Below are positions 11,132 through 23,800 of a DNA stretch of 64,000 nt, piece by piece (positions within the stretch are counted from its first letter, which is position 1; the number at the start of each line of letters is the position of its first letter). The DNA is from Bispira polyomma. Its lineage: Eukaryota. Both the position numbers and the translations under genes were made by a program. The notes under the pieces are model-generated. The model did not search any database and was not told where the DNA came from. It saw only the letters and a program-made list of their open reading frames with translations. The stretch is taken from positions 43,648,001 through 43,712,000 of the forward strand of contig OZ287756.1 in NCBI GenBank assembly GCA_965649765.1, given 5' to 3'.

Positions 11132-12071
11132 AACAAAAACCACAAGGGACTATCATTGGTGTAATAGCAGAAGATAAACCCAAAGAATTTATTGGCCAGA
11201 TGACCGATAACAAAGAACCAAAACCGTATATTGTTCAGCTAAAAAGAGAAGATGAAATTTCTAAAGGGGAACTATCTACAGAACACCCAAAGTTTACCTC
11301 AAAAAGGGACTTTGATGATGAAGATATTGATATAGATAATGATTCCAGGGCATTCTTGAAAAGCATGCTTTTGTCAAATGTAGAAACATGTGATTTGGAT
11401 GATTTTGAGAATGATAATAGCTCAAGCTTCAGCATTGGTGATGAAGGTATGTGTTTATATGTACAACTCTAAGAATCATGTGAACAGGTCAATCTTTTAT
11501 TGCTTAGTGGTTAGGACGTTGATTTGATGGTCAGAAGGTCCAAGGTTCGATTATACAGCTCTTAGAATCATAAATAGGCCCATCTCCAGTGGCCTTGTAG
11601 TTAGGGAGCTGGTGGTGACCAGTGTGACTGCTAGTTGGGGCAATTGGTCTGGTGATCAGAAAATCCATGATTCAACTCTTGCTGATGTTGCTAGCTTCAC
11701 TGGTGGGATAACATCTTTGGACAAGATGTAAACATGCCATTGCCTACTGAAGACAATCAGGCTGTGTTGTATTTGTAGAGTATGCTTTTGACATTCACAT
11801 TACAGGATGATATATCAATAGTATCCTATGTAAATGTTTTAAAATAATAATAATTAAGAGCTAATTTTCAAAATGTTACCCATACAATATCTTCCCACAA
11901 GGTATCTCAGTTTAATGATCTCTCTCGTGTAGTGATTGTAGCGTGCGATCAATCCTCACTGCAGGACTGGAGATTGAACACTTGGACAAGGTATTTCACA
12001 CAAAGTTTTCATTCCCAACTTACACATATAAATTTTTGCTTGGGTATACATGGTAAAGTCTCATATTACTT

Positions 12072-12105
<34 letters not shown>

Positions 12106-15100
12106 CTACAATGCAAGCTCAATGTAAGGCACAAAAGCTATGAATGACTTTTTTAATCATTAAAGAACCTAGCGATGAGATACCACACAGATTTCAGCCC
12201 AATTACGCAGAGTTTCCAAGTGATACCACTTTGAAAAGAGAAAACAGAAGATATCTCAAAGGGAAGACGGCATGTCCTGATGAAAAACCTCTGCATGATG
12301 GGTATCCTCATCCTGATGGCAAAAGTAAAAAGGAGATATTCAAGAAAGTGGAGTTTGCATCCATTGATGAACATTCTTTACAGGTAAATTATTGTACCTA
12401 TAACCGATGAAAGCTCCGATGAAAGCAGCTTTGATATATGTTCAGTTTTGTATAAATTTATATATCAATGTCATCAATTTGTCCTTTACTAATATAAATG
12501 TGATAGTGCCACAAATATTAGACCAGCTTCAAGATTGTTGCAGTTCTTGTGTATGGACAAAAAATCCCAACTACCTGAGGCATAGAATATAAATTTATCG
12601 GTATTTTACTACATCTATATATTGGAATATGTTGAATTTTATGAATAAAACAGAAAGAAAGCTTGGTTATGCATTGTAACTATATAGAGTAAACCTGACA
12701 AAATCATTCCCAATGATAAAAGTTTGATATTATAGAATATAACATTTATCACAGGTTTTATGTGGACTTTAGGAAGCTCACCTGCTTTATTTACAATCTT
12801 CGCGACCCCATTGTTTATTCCTATTATCACATAAAATACTTGTTTTCTTTTTAAGATCATGGTGTATTCCTATTTAATAAAGTGACATTGATTTCAGACA
12901 CCTTCTGAATACCTAAACAAGACTGTCCAAGAAGTGGTTGGCTATCTCACCAGTGTATGTCACTCTGACCTGGAAAAAGCTCGTGTCATATTTAGATGGT
13001 GTTGCGCACAGAACTTAGCAAATTTGACAGGAAAAGGATTTAGTGAGAGTGTGAAAGAAAAACTAATAAAAATTAAAGATGGCAAAAGATCTTACAGCAG
13101 ATTGTATGAAAGTATGTGCAGGTAATGGATATTAATGTTCGTATTTTTGACCTTATATGTTTTAGCTTAAATGGCCTCACATCATTTATCAGGGGTTAAC
13201 CATGTGTCAATCAAGTGCCACTCTTGTTAACAGCATGACCATGTGATATTAAGGTGTTCATAATTCTGTCAATAAATACCTGGGCATATATTTCTTAGTA
13301 TATATTGTTTTAAATTTGCATGATGTGGATAATATTACAGGATTAAATTAAAGGCATACACACAAGAACAATTACAGTTGTGTAGTGTTTGTAACAGAGG
13401 AAATGTAATAGTAAAACATTCCACAAGTGCAATTAACCCAAATATACTGAAATACAAGACTAACTACAAAGTGTAGACCAAACTTATATAATAATAACAA
13501 AACCTAATTAAACCACTTTGACCTGACCCTAGCTCAAAATGAAAAAAGGCCCTATAACTGTCTGTGCTCCACTAAGCAGTGCCATTCAAACCCCTTTAGC
13601 TGGTCTAGTTTAATTCACAGTCAACAGGAACAAATAAAAGTTCAGTACAACACAATTTTGATATTATGTGCATTAATCAGTGCAGCAGCACTGACATAAG
13701 TTATACTAGGGCGGTACAAACAATTTGTATTGTTTTGTTTGTTAGCAATATCAAACAAACGCAAAGATCACAAGACAGAAAAAGGAGCACATCACAAATA
13801 AATATTACATAATACACCGTTCAGGCTTCAGTTACATTGATATTTACTCTACAGGAGAACACCTTTGGTTGGTTTGTATCACTGTCATCAGGATTATATG
13901 AAATTTGGAGCATATCACAGTAGAATCTCGCGGATCCAGGAATTTATATTTTAGTTACTTCTATAACTTTAGGGCTGCTGGCTTACAATGTGAGGTTATA
14001 GAAGGTACTGTAAAAGCAGTTGGACATACAGTTGGACAGATGATCATCCCTAAGGATTGCTATGGTACTTGGACTGCGGTAAAGATAGATGGACTTTGGA
14101 GATTAGTGGATGTCCAGTTTGCAGCAAGACAACAGACAGGGCTTGATCAGAATGAATGGAAGCTTAGAGATAGTAGTGAAAAAGTATGACATATTTATAT
14201 TTGACATGATTTCTATCATTCCGAAATGGTTTAATATACTAAAGCGGTGGTGGAAACTGGTAACAAATATATAATCTAATCTATTCTTCAGTGGCACTGT
14301 ATTTCCGCCATGATTGACATAATTATTTATGTAATTTAGTATAATAGTCCACAAACAAAGCCAGAATCATAATGAAACTAACATAAACAGCAGGTTGACC
14401 ATAAGCTTACTTAAACAGGAATTATTTGAGTCTTTTGAAGAATACTGATATGGTGCGGTGTAAACAAATTACACAGAGAAAATGTTTGACCTCTGCTCTT
14501 ACGTTTTGCAATCTTGGGAAAATTTAAGGTCTGGATAGCTTATGAGAGGTATGTGGAAGAATAACTTTTGTTCTTGTATGTATTTCCAGGGCTATCAAGA
14601 AGTTGATAATGCTTCTATTGGTCTTACATACAGGCTGGACGAATTCTACTTTGTGACAGATCCTGAGGAATTTATTTATAATCACTTTCCTGACGATGAA
14701 AAGTGGCAACTTTTAACAAGACCAGTTACTAAACATGAATTTCAGGTGATTCAGTTACATACTATATTCCAGTTAGTACCTATTTACAATATGTTAAATA
14801 TGTATATAAATTATAGCCAGTTACAAATTTACAGTATTTTATATATATTATGTAAATGCTTTTATAAATTTTATGAATACCATTATAATTATAAGATAGA
14901 TTTTTAACACGCCTAATTGATGCCAGGCATCATACATTTACAGTATGTAATATATATGATGTAATTAAATTGATGCGTACTATTTTACATTTTCATCATT
15001 ATTTAAAATTTTTTAAGTAGGTTTGTACACTACAGCTGCAGAAAACCACATGGCATCCTGTAATTTGTTTCTTGCAGAACATGGCTGTTCTTCATGGTCC

Positions 15101-17837
15101 ATTTTGTACATTGGGGATGTATGTGCTGCACGCTAAAAGAGGCACGGTCCATGCACCCAGTGGAGATACTGTCATCAAATTTGGTTTACCCAAAGCAGAA
15201 TGCAGACAGTTCAGGTATCGCCTTTGGAAATCTTCTAAAGATGGAAAACTGGATATTGACCACAAGGGCAAGAAGCTTACTCAGTTTGTGTATGTAGAAC
15301 AAAAGGATGGTACTATGGTGTGTAAGGTTTGTAATTATTTAAACATATTTTGCAAGACTTTGGGTTTATTGTTCCTTAAGAAATGTTACATACAGCATTT
15401 TCTGTAAAAATAATATTAACTATATGTATTAACTATGTGTACATTTTTAGTATACAAGTAAATGCTGTGGAATTTCATATAATTAATTATAGCAACTTGT
15501 GTTGATAGTTTAACTAAACATTCCAGTTAACTTATCGAAAATTAAATAATATTTTCTTCTGGCTAAAATTTCCACTTGTACAAGATTAATACATAGCTTC
15601 ATGAATATATATTATAAATAGTATTGCTTGTCTATTTCCTTTGTTAGATTCTCTATCCAGCAACAGGAAAGTACAAATTTCAGCTGTATGTCAAAGATGG
15701 TAGTGACAAATCTTCAAGTTACTCACTCGCTGCGGAATATGTGCTGTTATGTACACAGATAAAAGTGTTTTGTCCAGCACTGCCCATAAACAACAGGTAT
15801 GCTTTAATATTTTTATTCTAAAATGACTATGTAGTGTGACTAAACTACAAAAGGGTCATATTGACAAGTATATTTTTCAAAAGCTTAGCCAATCAGATTC
15901 TTTGAAACAATATTTTCAGTCAATCAAGTTGGTTCAAATAATGATATCTTAGTGAATACCAGTCCAGAACACACCAAACAATACATTCAGCAACAAAAGC
16001 AAATATAATTGCTTAAGACAAAAATTTAAGAATCAGAATCTTTGAATACCAACATTGGTTTGCAATCGATCAAGCAGGTGTGATTTCTGAAAACCACAAA
16101 ATCCCAATTTAAGGGTCACATAATTTGCTCTGCTTAATGATATGACCATCTGTTGTAATGTAGTCCAAATCTGTTCATAGCACAACCCTCTAAACATGGT
16201 GGGGATGTTAACATCTTGTATGATATTGACAGAAACTGATTTGTTGTTTTCAAAATACATTCCAACAAAAGAAACCCAAATGGCTGATTTAGTTTACCAC
16301 AGCTTTCAACATGGCTGTGTCATATAACAATTGGCAGTTCACTGCATGGTAGTTGGTCAAGGCTGTCTGCTCTGGCAACCACCGGCCTTCGGCAAGTCTA
16401 CCAACTTTCCAGCATAGATGCGATGACCACCATTGGATGCAACGATGATTGCAGATGTGGGAGGTGAGTGCATCACCAATACACCATTGAGCTCCCTGCC
16501 GAGATCAATAACAGCATTTCAGTAAACACAACGGACCCTAGTACAGAATATTTTTTATTTTCTGTACTTGTTGTGATATATTGAGTTTACCAAAACCAGT
16601 CTGTTACGCTTTGTTACTCAGACAGGAATGGGGCCCAGGACAAAATCTACTTGACCTTGGCATGAAACCACTAAACTGTAGCAAATATGGAACCATAGAA
16701 ACTGATGATGGAGAGGTGAAACTTATCTTTACGTATGACCCTGCTAGGCCAGTAAGTAAAAATTGTATAATAATAATAATAATAGTAATGATATTTTATA
16801 CTTCTTTTATACCATGGAATGTTTGGTATGGCAAGTCTCCAAAATACAAGTATATTTCTGTGGTACATATTACATACTATTCAAGGAATTAAATTTATGA
16901 TGTGCATAAAGTGATGACATAAAAATTATTTTATATAAAACACAGGTAGATCTACTGGTCTGATTATCTTGTCAGAATAGGAAAAAAGATGACTTCAAAG
17001 ATTGGATATTATATAGCACAGAAAATAGAAAGGTAACCATCAACTTAAGACTGCTAGAAAAAGGCTACTTTGCAATGGACATATTTGCTAAGCACCAGAA
17101 GAAAGAAGAGGCATTACCACTTCTTTGAACATACCTGATAGTATCTACAAATGGTGTCTTTAACCAACTGAAGTTTCCTGATATATCCAATCAGCATGTT
17201 GGTGCTGTTAAAGGGCATTCAGAGTAAGTAAGACATATCGTCATATCACCATTGCATGTCACTGCAGGCATAAATTTGCGTTGTTATTTGGAAGATTTTT
17301 AAGTAATTTGATAAGGTATTTTGATATGATCAAGCTCAAATGTCCTATTCTTCCAGATTGAATGTTTCAGTGGCCTCACACACAGAACCCTACTTCACGT
17401 CAAATGAAGGATTGGAAACCATTGAATTTCAGTATAGTGTTCCACTTGTATTTGATGCAAACTTGTACCTTCAGAAAGGCAATGCCTTAGAGAAAGTTAA
17501 CAACTTTACATTTCCTCAGCAAACTAAAGGCAACATTGCTTTTAAAGTGAGATTCCCAAAAGCAGGAATGTACAATTTCAGTATCTTTGCCAAGAAGAGG
17601 CAGGTTCCTGGTTCATTACCGTGCATTTATAAGTACGTTGTGTATGTTCCTGTACAACTGAAGAATTATAAGCCATTCCCAAAGTTTTATTCTATATGGG
17701 GTGATGGCTGTAAACTACATGGTCCACTTGATGGACAACTGTTTGAACAACAGCAAATGGACGCATTAGTTGTGATTCCTGATGCACATGATGTGGCTAT
17801 CATCAAAGATGGGGATTCCTGGACACACCTAATAAAG
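11132..17837 (+). pseudogene. Hillarin/KY-like transglutaminase-fold gene, copy A (pseudogene, 3'-truncated)
   Basis: Phase-consistent GT-AG exons 11132-11446, 12166-12383, 12898-13121, 13973-14183, 14590-14745, 15078-15326, 15648-15796, 16622-16751, 16946-17223, 17357-17837. Motifs LEKARVIFRW, YSRLYESMCRAAGLQCEVIEG, WTAVKIDGLWRLVD, DEFYFVTDPEEFIYNHFP. In-frame TGA at 16961 and 17126 (AGA and TGT in copy B). Homology to copy B ends ~17935. Confidence 0.88.
11500..11775 (+). mobile_element. Degenerate tRNA-derived SINE fragment(s) in intron (shared with copy B ~61740-61945)
   Basis: A-box-like TAGTGG and B-box-like GGTTCGATT, followed by a second tRNA-like head. Confidence 0.5.
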
Positions 17838-18849
17838 GTATGCTTTTACACTATTGGTGTAGTAAATACTAGAACATATATATATATATATATGGAAACT
17901 ATATAACTAAGCAGAGTGGTTTGGAGGTTAGGATTTGAACTGAATATACGTTATGTTTAGCATAATTTTATTAGGTTGAAGACCTTTTAATGTGAACGTT
18001 AGCTGGGGGAAGCCGTGTTGTATGATGGGTCTAATGGGGCTGTTAGCCGATCGATTGGGCTAGCTTTCCGATAATGCTATTGGGGGCACTCGACAGCAGT
18101 CGCCCCTGAGTTTTAAAGAAAAGCGTGGAAAAATCTGTTTCATGCAATTATAATTGCACCAATAGCTGCCCGACCTCCCGGATCCATGGCAATAAGTCAG
18201 TAGTACTGTTTACAATTGTTAAGATAACCCAGCATGGTTCACAATAACTCGGGGCGGCCGGCAGATTACGCCAAAAAATCCTGGTAATTACGAAGGCAGA
18301 AACATGGAAATGTTCAAGATTGTCACCTATTAACCCTACATATAGGTTGATATAGATTTAATTGTCATGGTGGTTCTACAAAGAGTAAACTAAAGATAGC
18401 AACTCCTGATCCTTCCAATTATACCCCTGAGTGGCTCCCGATCCTTAGATTTGGACGGTTTGGGAGCTATGTACGGCTAAGTGGAACAGGGGTATAAGAA
18501 GAATCATTTAGGGGGTGTAGATTTAATGATAATGTCAATGAAAATAAATATTTTGTTTTATCATAGTTAATGTAATATTTGTCTCATATTTATAGTTCAT
18601 ATATATATCTTATAAAGGTGGACTGGCAGAAGTTTACTTCATAAGAAAAATAAAAATAAATTAATGTTGAAAAAAGCTAACACTTTTTTAACTGTGGGCA
18701 GACAAAGTCCAAAGTTGGTGTATTGAAAAACAAAATTACTAGTAAAATTTGTGAGGACAACACTTTCTATCATTTTACTTCACAAAATTAATCACTCAAT
18801 CACCCCCCCCCCTCCCTCCTCCTGAAACCATAAGCCCTTTTAGGCCCCC

Positions 18850-19275
18850 CATCCCCTATTTCATCCTGGGTAACGATGGAAGTGCCCTTCTCCAGACGAG
18901 GGATGTACCCCAACAAGCGCATACACAACTACAGAATTTTCAGAGCTAGAAGGGTGGTGAAGAATTCATTTAGAATACTAGTCCAGAGGTTTTGTGTGTT
19001 GCTGTCAACAATGCAACAAGAACCACCAGTGGTAGCCACTATAAACATGGCCTGTGTGGTCTTGCACATGTGATGAGGACAGCCACCATCAACCAGGCAC
19101 GAGCCACACAAACAATGAAGAGGACCCACCCATTCCACAGAAGGCACTAGAAGGAGACCACCAACCCCCTGACCACAGAAATCCAGGCAGGGCAGCGAAA
19201 GAGCAGAGGGAGCTACTGATGGGGTACTTTCTCAATTTTCAGGGCCACCTTAATGTTCCAATAAACATTATCTGA
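18850..19275 (+). pseudogene. Harbinger (HARBI1-family) DDE transposase, C-terminal relic
   Basis: YFILGND..., RIHNYRIFRARRVVKNSFRILVQRF, ACVVLH and AAKEQRELLMGYF match the family pattern FNYRLSRARRVVENAFGIL...ACxxLHN. Frameshifted. Confidence 0.85.
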
Positions 19276-19457
19276 GCTGTTTGGTAAAAGAAAAAAAAAC
19301 CCTCACAACATACTGGCCCCACTGGTCTTCACAGAAATTAAAATACACTTTAATTTTAACATGAAATCCCACTTCAATGTACAACTTCCCCCCTTAAATA
19401 AAACTCTGATAAGTAGTTGCCCCTCCCAGTAGAAATATTTTCAATACATTGAAATGG

Positions 19458-19867
19458 TTAATACTGTTGTGGTTGTTGCTGGAAATGGGTGAATCTAACC
19501 CCCCCTGTTGAGCCCATTCCTGTTGCTGACCAATTTGAAGCCGTCTTTCCTGAAGGTGTTGAACAAAGTTTATCAGTCTCTAAGGACAGCCCATTCATAA
19601 AGGCAGCTCTTGGTCCCTCAGGCTTTGGTTTGACAGCATCCTTCAGGAAGCCTATCCTATCTTCCATCCTGGACATGCTGTCCTTAAAGTCGGCTGCCAT
19701 TGCATTACTCTGGATTGGAGTGGACTGACCTCCAAAGGGTGTTGTGAAAGCCATTCAGGTAACGGCAACAGCATGGAATTGTCCATCTCCAAGTCAGCCT
19801 GGTCTGTGTTGGACTGGGACCCCGGTAGTGTCTGGGACCTATGACCGTCGATTGTAGTTTTGAACAT
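19458..19867 (-). pseudogene. Harbinger accessory (MADF-type) ORF relic, convergent with the transposase
   Basis: STPIQ...DSMSRME...KPKPEGPRAAFMNGLSLETDKL aligns with STPIQ...DSIGRME...KPKDEGARAAYMNWLSKETEKL of ORF 127..672. Confidence 0.7.
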
Positions 19868-20271
19868 TAGTTTTCAGTCGCTAAATAATTGTTCATTCCT
19901 GTAGATATTGTTTGCAGTGAAATGTATGGATTTTTTATAAAGTTTTGATATTTTAATTCCAAAATGCTATTAATTCCCGGTGCTAAATTTGTTTACCCAA
20001 TTATTTGCAAATTAAGTCCATCCTACTTAATCACTGTACATTATTATTTAATAGCTTTAGAGTATTTTTATGTGAACTTTGCTTTATATTTCAGTTTGTC
20101 TGTGCAGAGATTTATATATATTTCCGCTGAATATATAAAAGCAGAGAATATCGTCGAAAAGATATAATCCAGAAATCATGAGTGATAACAGGGAGATTGG
20201 GAAAGCTGGACTGGAGCCGACCTGTTTCCAGGTGATTTACAATGTACCCTCCTTACTCAGAGAGATGCCAC

Positions 20272-20361
20272 TGCGCATGCGCACACAAGTGGCTGACATG
20301 ACTCTGTCAGTGGCTTGTACCAAGGTGGAACAGAGCTGCAAACACTCTAAACAGGGTGAGT
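20272..20361 (+). promoter_or_regulatory. Putative promoter/first exon: NRF1-type motif followed by a splice donor
   Basis: TGCGCATGCGCA at 20272-20283 and AGG|GTGAGT donor at 20356. Confidence 0.4.
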
Positions 20362-20377
20362 GTGTAGTTTTGACGGG

Positions 20378-20852
20378 TATTTGTTCTAGATTATTTAGAC
20401 TAGCTAGTGGCTTATTCTTCGGAGATTTCAAAGTTAATGCGAACCCAAGTAAAACTGTATGTCTCGCTAATATAAAGTTATGTGAAATCTGACTGCATAT
20501 TTGAATTCAGTGTGAAAATCTCTATTAAAATAAATGGTTACACATATAGGTTTATTCACATGTAGAATTATGAGCTTGCTTGTCATTACTGCCAAAATGA
20601 TTGAAGATTAAGATTCTTGGAGAACACCGGTGAGCCTGTAAACTAAGCCAGTAGTAATCATTTTGTCATGTTTTAGGGTCTGTGCATTGGACAGGAATTT
20701 GTTCTAGATCATTTAGACTAATGTGCTCATTTTTTTAATAAGATAAACCCAAACTCAAATCTAAAGTTGTATCTCTGGCTAGAGTAAAGTTACATGAAAT
20801 CTGACTGCACATTTGAATTCAGTGCTGAAAGCTTGTTTAAAATGAATGTGTA
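20378..20852. repeat. Diverged direct duplication (~20378-20540 vs ~20697-20852)
   Basis: Both units contain ATTTGTTCTAGAT.ATTTAGACTA and TAAAGTTA..TGAAATCTGACTGCA.ATTTGAATTCAGTG. Confidence 0.75.
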
Positions 20853-20853
20853 C

Positions 20854-23800
20854 TTCAATTTTTGCTACTGACTTGCCATGCTATACTAGCAGTGACATCA
20901 ACAGTAGTCAAAAATGGTTGATAATATAATTTGATTTAGTGCCAGAGAGAGAGACCTGTAAGAAGTTTGATAAGTTTTTTGTGAGGTTTGGAAACTAGAT
21001 GCTGTTTGGGATGTATTTATTTCTATCTACTGCCTCTATGTACAACTATACAATTAAAATTTTAGTTAAAATTTTAAAAATGCCAAAGCCAAATTAGAAA
21101 GTAGAGGAGACAATGGAGGAAAAAGTGGAGGGGATGATAGAGGCTGCATGAGAAGTGGATTGTAAATATGACCAGACAGCATCGGATTTCCAGCACCCAT
21201 GTTTTTGTATATCTTGAAGTTTAACATTAGAATTAAAGGCTAGAGAGGCTCCAGAGCGACGGAAGCAGTGAAATGAATGACCTATGTGTGGAATGTCAAG
21301 GTGAGTGAGGATGTTCTTGAGTGTAAGCCTAAGCTTGGTGTCTGATAAGCAGTTTCCTCTATCACATGGGTTGGCCAGTAATGGGGCCATGGAGTGTAAA
21401 GGGTATTTCTTAAGTAAGGCTGTGGCAGCTCTGACAGGACATAGCCAGGGGTTTGATAAGGAAGGTAGTTGAATGATATCTGGATTTGTCCTACTTTGGT
21501 TAGTTTTACTCCATTTAAGGATAAGGTGAATACCTGGTGGGGCGAATACTATGTCTGCCCTTGTGAGGTGTCTTGTAGGGTCAAAAAGTGAACCGGAAGT
21601 AGTAGTAAGATTGGAAATTCTGAGGAACCCAAAGAAGGCGAAAAGAAAAGCTGTCCTGTATAGCTCCGGGAAATGAAGTAAATCACAAGCTTGTGAAATT
21701 TTGGCAAGTTGTAGTAAGTCAAACACTCCCTTTATTCTGGGGGTGTATTTAGAGGTGAGTTCTAAGGACCTAGTGTACAAGGTCAGTCTGGGGTCATAAA
21801 GACCTGTGTGTAGTATATTCAATAGTTTGGCATTGTGCCTTAGAGCTGATATGTAATTTGCAATCACTTTGTGGGATTTCCCTGTTTGAGTCAGGAACTC
21901 TAGAAATGCCAAAATGGTGTTGAAACTGAAGGTATGATGTAGATCATAATATACAGTGAAGGCTAAAAAGAGTCTGAATTGGCTGTTGTATTGTCTCTGA
22001 GTTCTAGGTCTGTGGCTCTGTCGTAATCTTGTGAGGGCACCTTGGATCAGTGAGTTTGCTGAGTCAGAAGTGCCTGAAATTATAAATAAGTATCTAATGT
22101 AAAAAAGTTAAGAGGAATGTCATGCATGGTGAAGTTGTGAGTGATGGTTGACCTTATGTGTTCACCCCCCATGTCGAGTTCATACCATCGCGAAAGTGCG
22201 TCAGCGATGATATTTTCCTTACCTGGGATGTGACTAATGACAAGGTCAATGTTTTCTGCTGCACAAATTTGCCAAATATTCCTTAAACATAGTCCTAAGT
22301 AAGTGTCTTTGGTTTTTGATGACTGCACTACAGCCACCACGGCCATGTTATCTGACTGTACCTTAACTTTTTTGTTTTTCCATCTGTGACCCCATAGTTT
22401 GAGAGCAATTAAAATGCTCACCATTTCAAAATGTACGATTGATAAAGTATGAGACATGAAGAGAGGAAGGGGAGTTTTAAACACGTTTCTGTTCCATATA
22501 CCTCCAATGCCAGATAAACAAGCGTCAACTTGTAATAGAGCGTCGTGTGGCTTGTTTATGTAGTTATAAGTAGTAGTACCGTAAAAGAAATGTTACAAAC
22601 CAAGCGAGGTCTTGGTGGAAATCCACATTCAAGATGACTGTGTTACTGCTAGTGGATTGTCGTAGTAATGTTAGCATCCGATTCATGAATATACGAGAGG
22701 GTTTAATACACCGGTGAATGTAAAGGAGTTTTCCTAGTAACGACTGGTATTTTTGTTTACGTACTATATTTAGGTATTTAAACCCAAGACAGGTATCATA
22801 TATGGAAATGAGTTTATCCTCGTCAATACTAAGAGTTTCGTTGGTGATATCAATGGTAATGCCCATACAAGTGACACGTTTACTGGGGGGGACTAGCTTT
22901 TTTGCGTTTATGGGGAGGCCTAGATCTGTGAGAATTTCTTGCAAAGTATTGTAAGCTAAGGTAGCCCTATCTTCAGATTCTACGAGTATGAAGTCATCGA
23001 TGTAGTTGTATACTGTGAAGCCTTTAAGTTTCATAATATAAGTCACGCAATCTGGCCATCATAAAGACTGCTGTGCCATGAGTTAAGCCAAAAGTCAAGG
23101 TTAAATCTATATAATAATTATTTTTCCAAAAATATCCGAGTTTAAGGCAATCATAGGGGTCAATTCTGATATTTCGAAATGCGTGGGAAATGTCCACTTT
23201 TGCTAAGGTGGCCTTAGGTCCAATAGTCAAGATTTGAGAAGTTATTTGATCAATCGATGGAAGTTTTAGGTTGAAGTCTATGTGGTCATACTTTGTTTTT
23301 ACAGTACAATCATTCACGGATTGGCCTGTAGGGTGAGATAAATCTAAGACTAACCTACGTTGGTCAACGTCCTTGGGAACTGTCAATAAGGGACAACAGT
23401 GTAAATCTGGATGTAAGTTATCGTTAATGGGGCCAATTATGGTACCTCTGTCGACCTCAGTGATGAAATATTTGTCTATTGCCTGAGGGAAAGCTTTGGC
23501 TGAGTAATGATTTTTGACATTTGTGACGTGTAGTCGGTCCCTGTCGTATAAGGAAATGGGGAATCCGAATTCTACGTACTGTAAAATGATTTTGTCTGGG
23601 TAGTCAACCAAGTACGCTTTCCATTTAGCTACGTTGAGGTTGCTCTTAAGTGGTATACGTGCTGATTTATAGTTGGGGACCTTAGTGGTTTTAATGATGT
23701 TGGCAACTTCTACCAGTTTGCCATACGAGTCAATGTTGACCTCTTGTCTAACAGGACCCATAAAGGTAAAGTTGTTATGTCTGTGTGGAGTGTAACCAAA

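Noticed and set aside
12072-12104. (TA)n tracts (also ~17876, ~32657, ~47371)
   Set aside because: Ordinary microsatellites.
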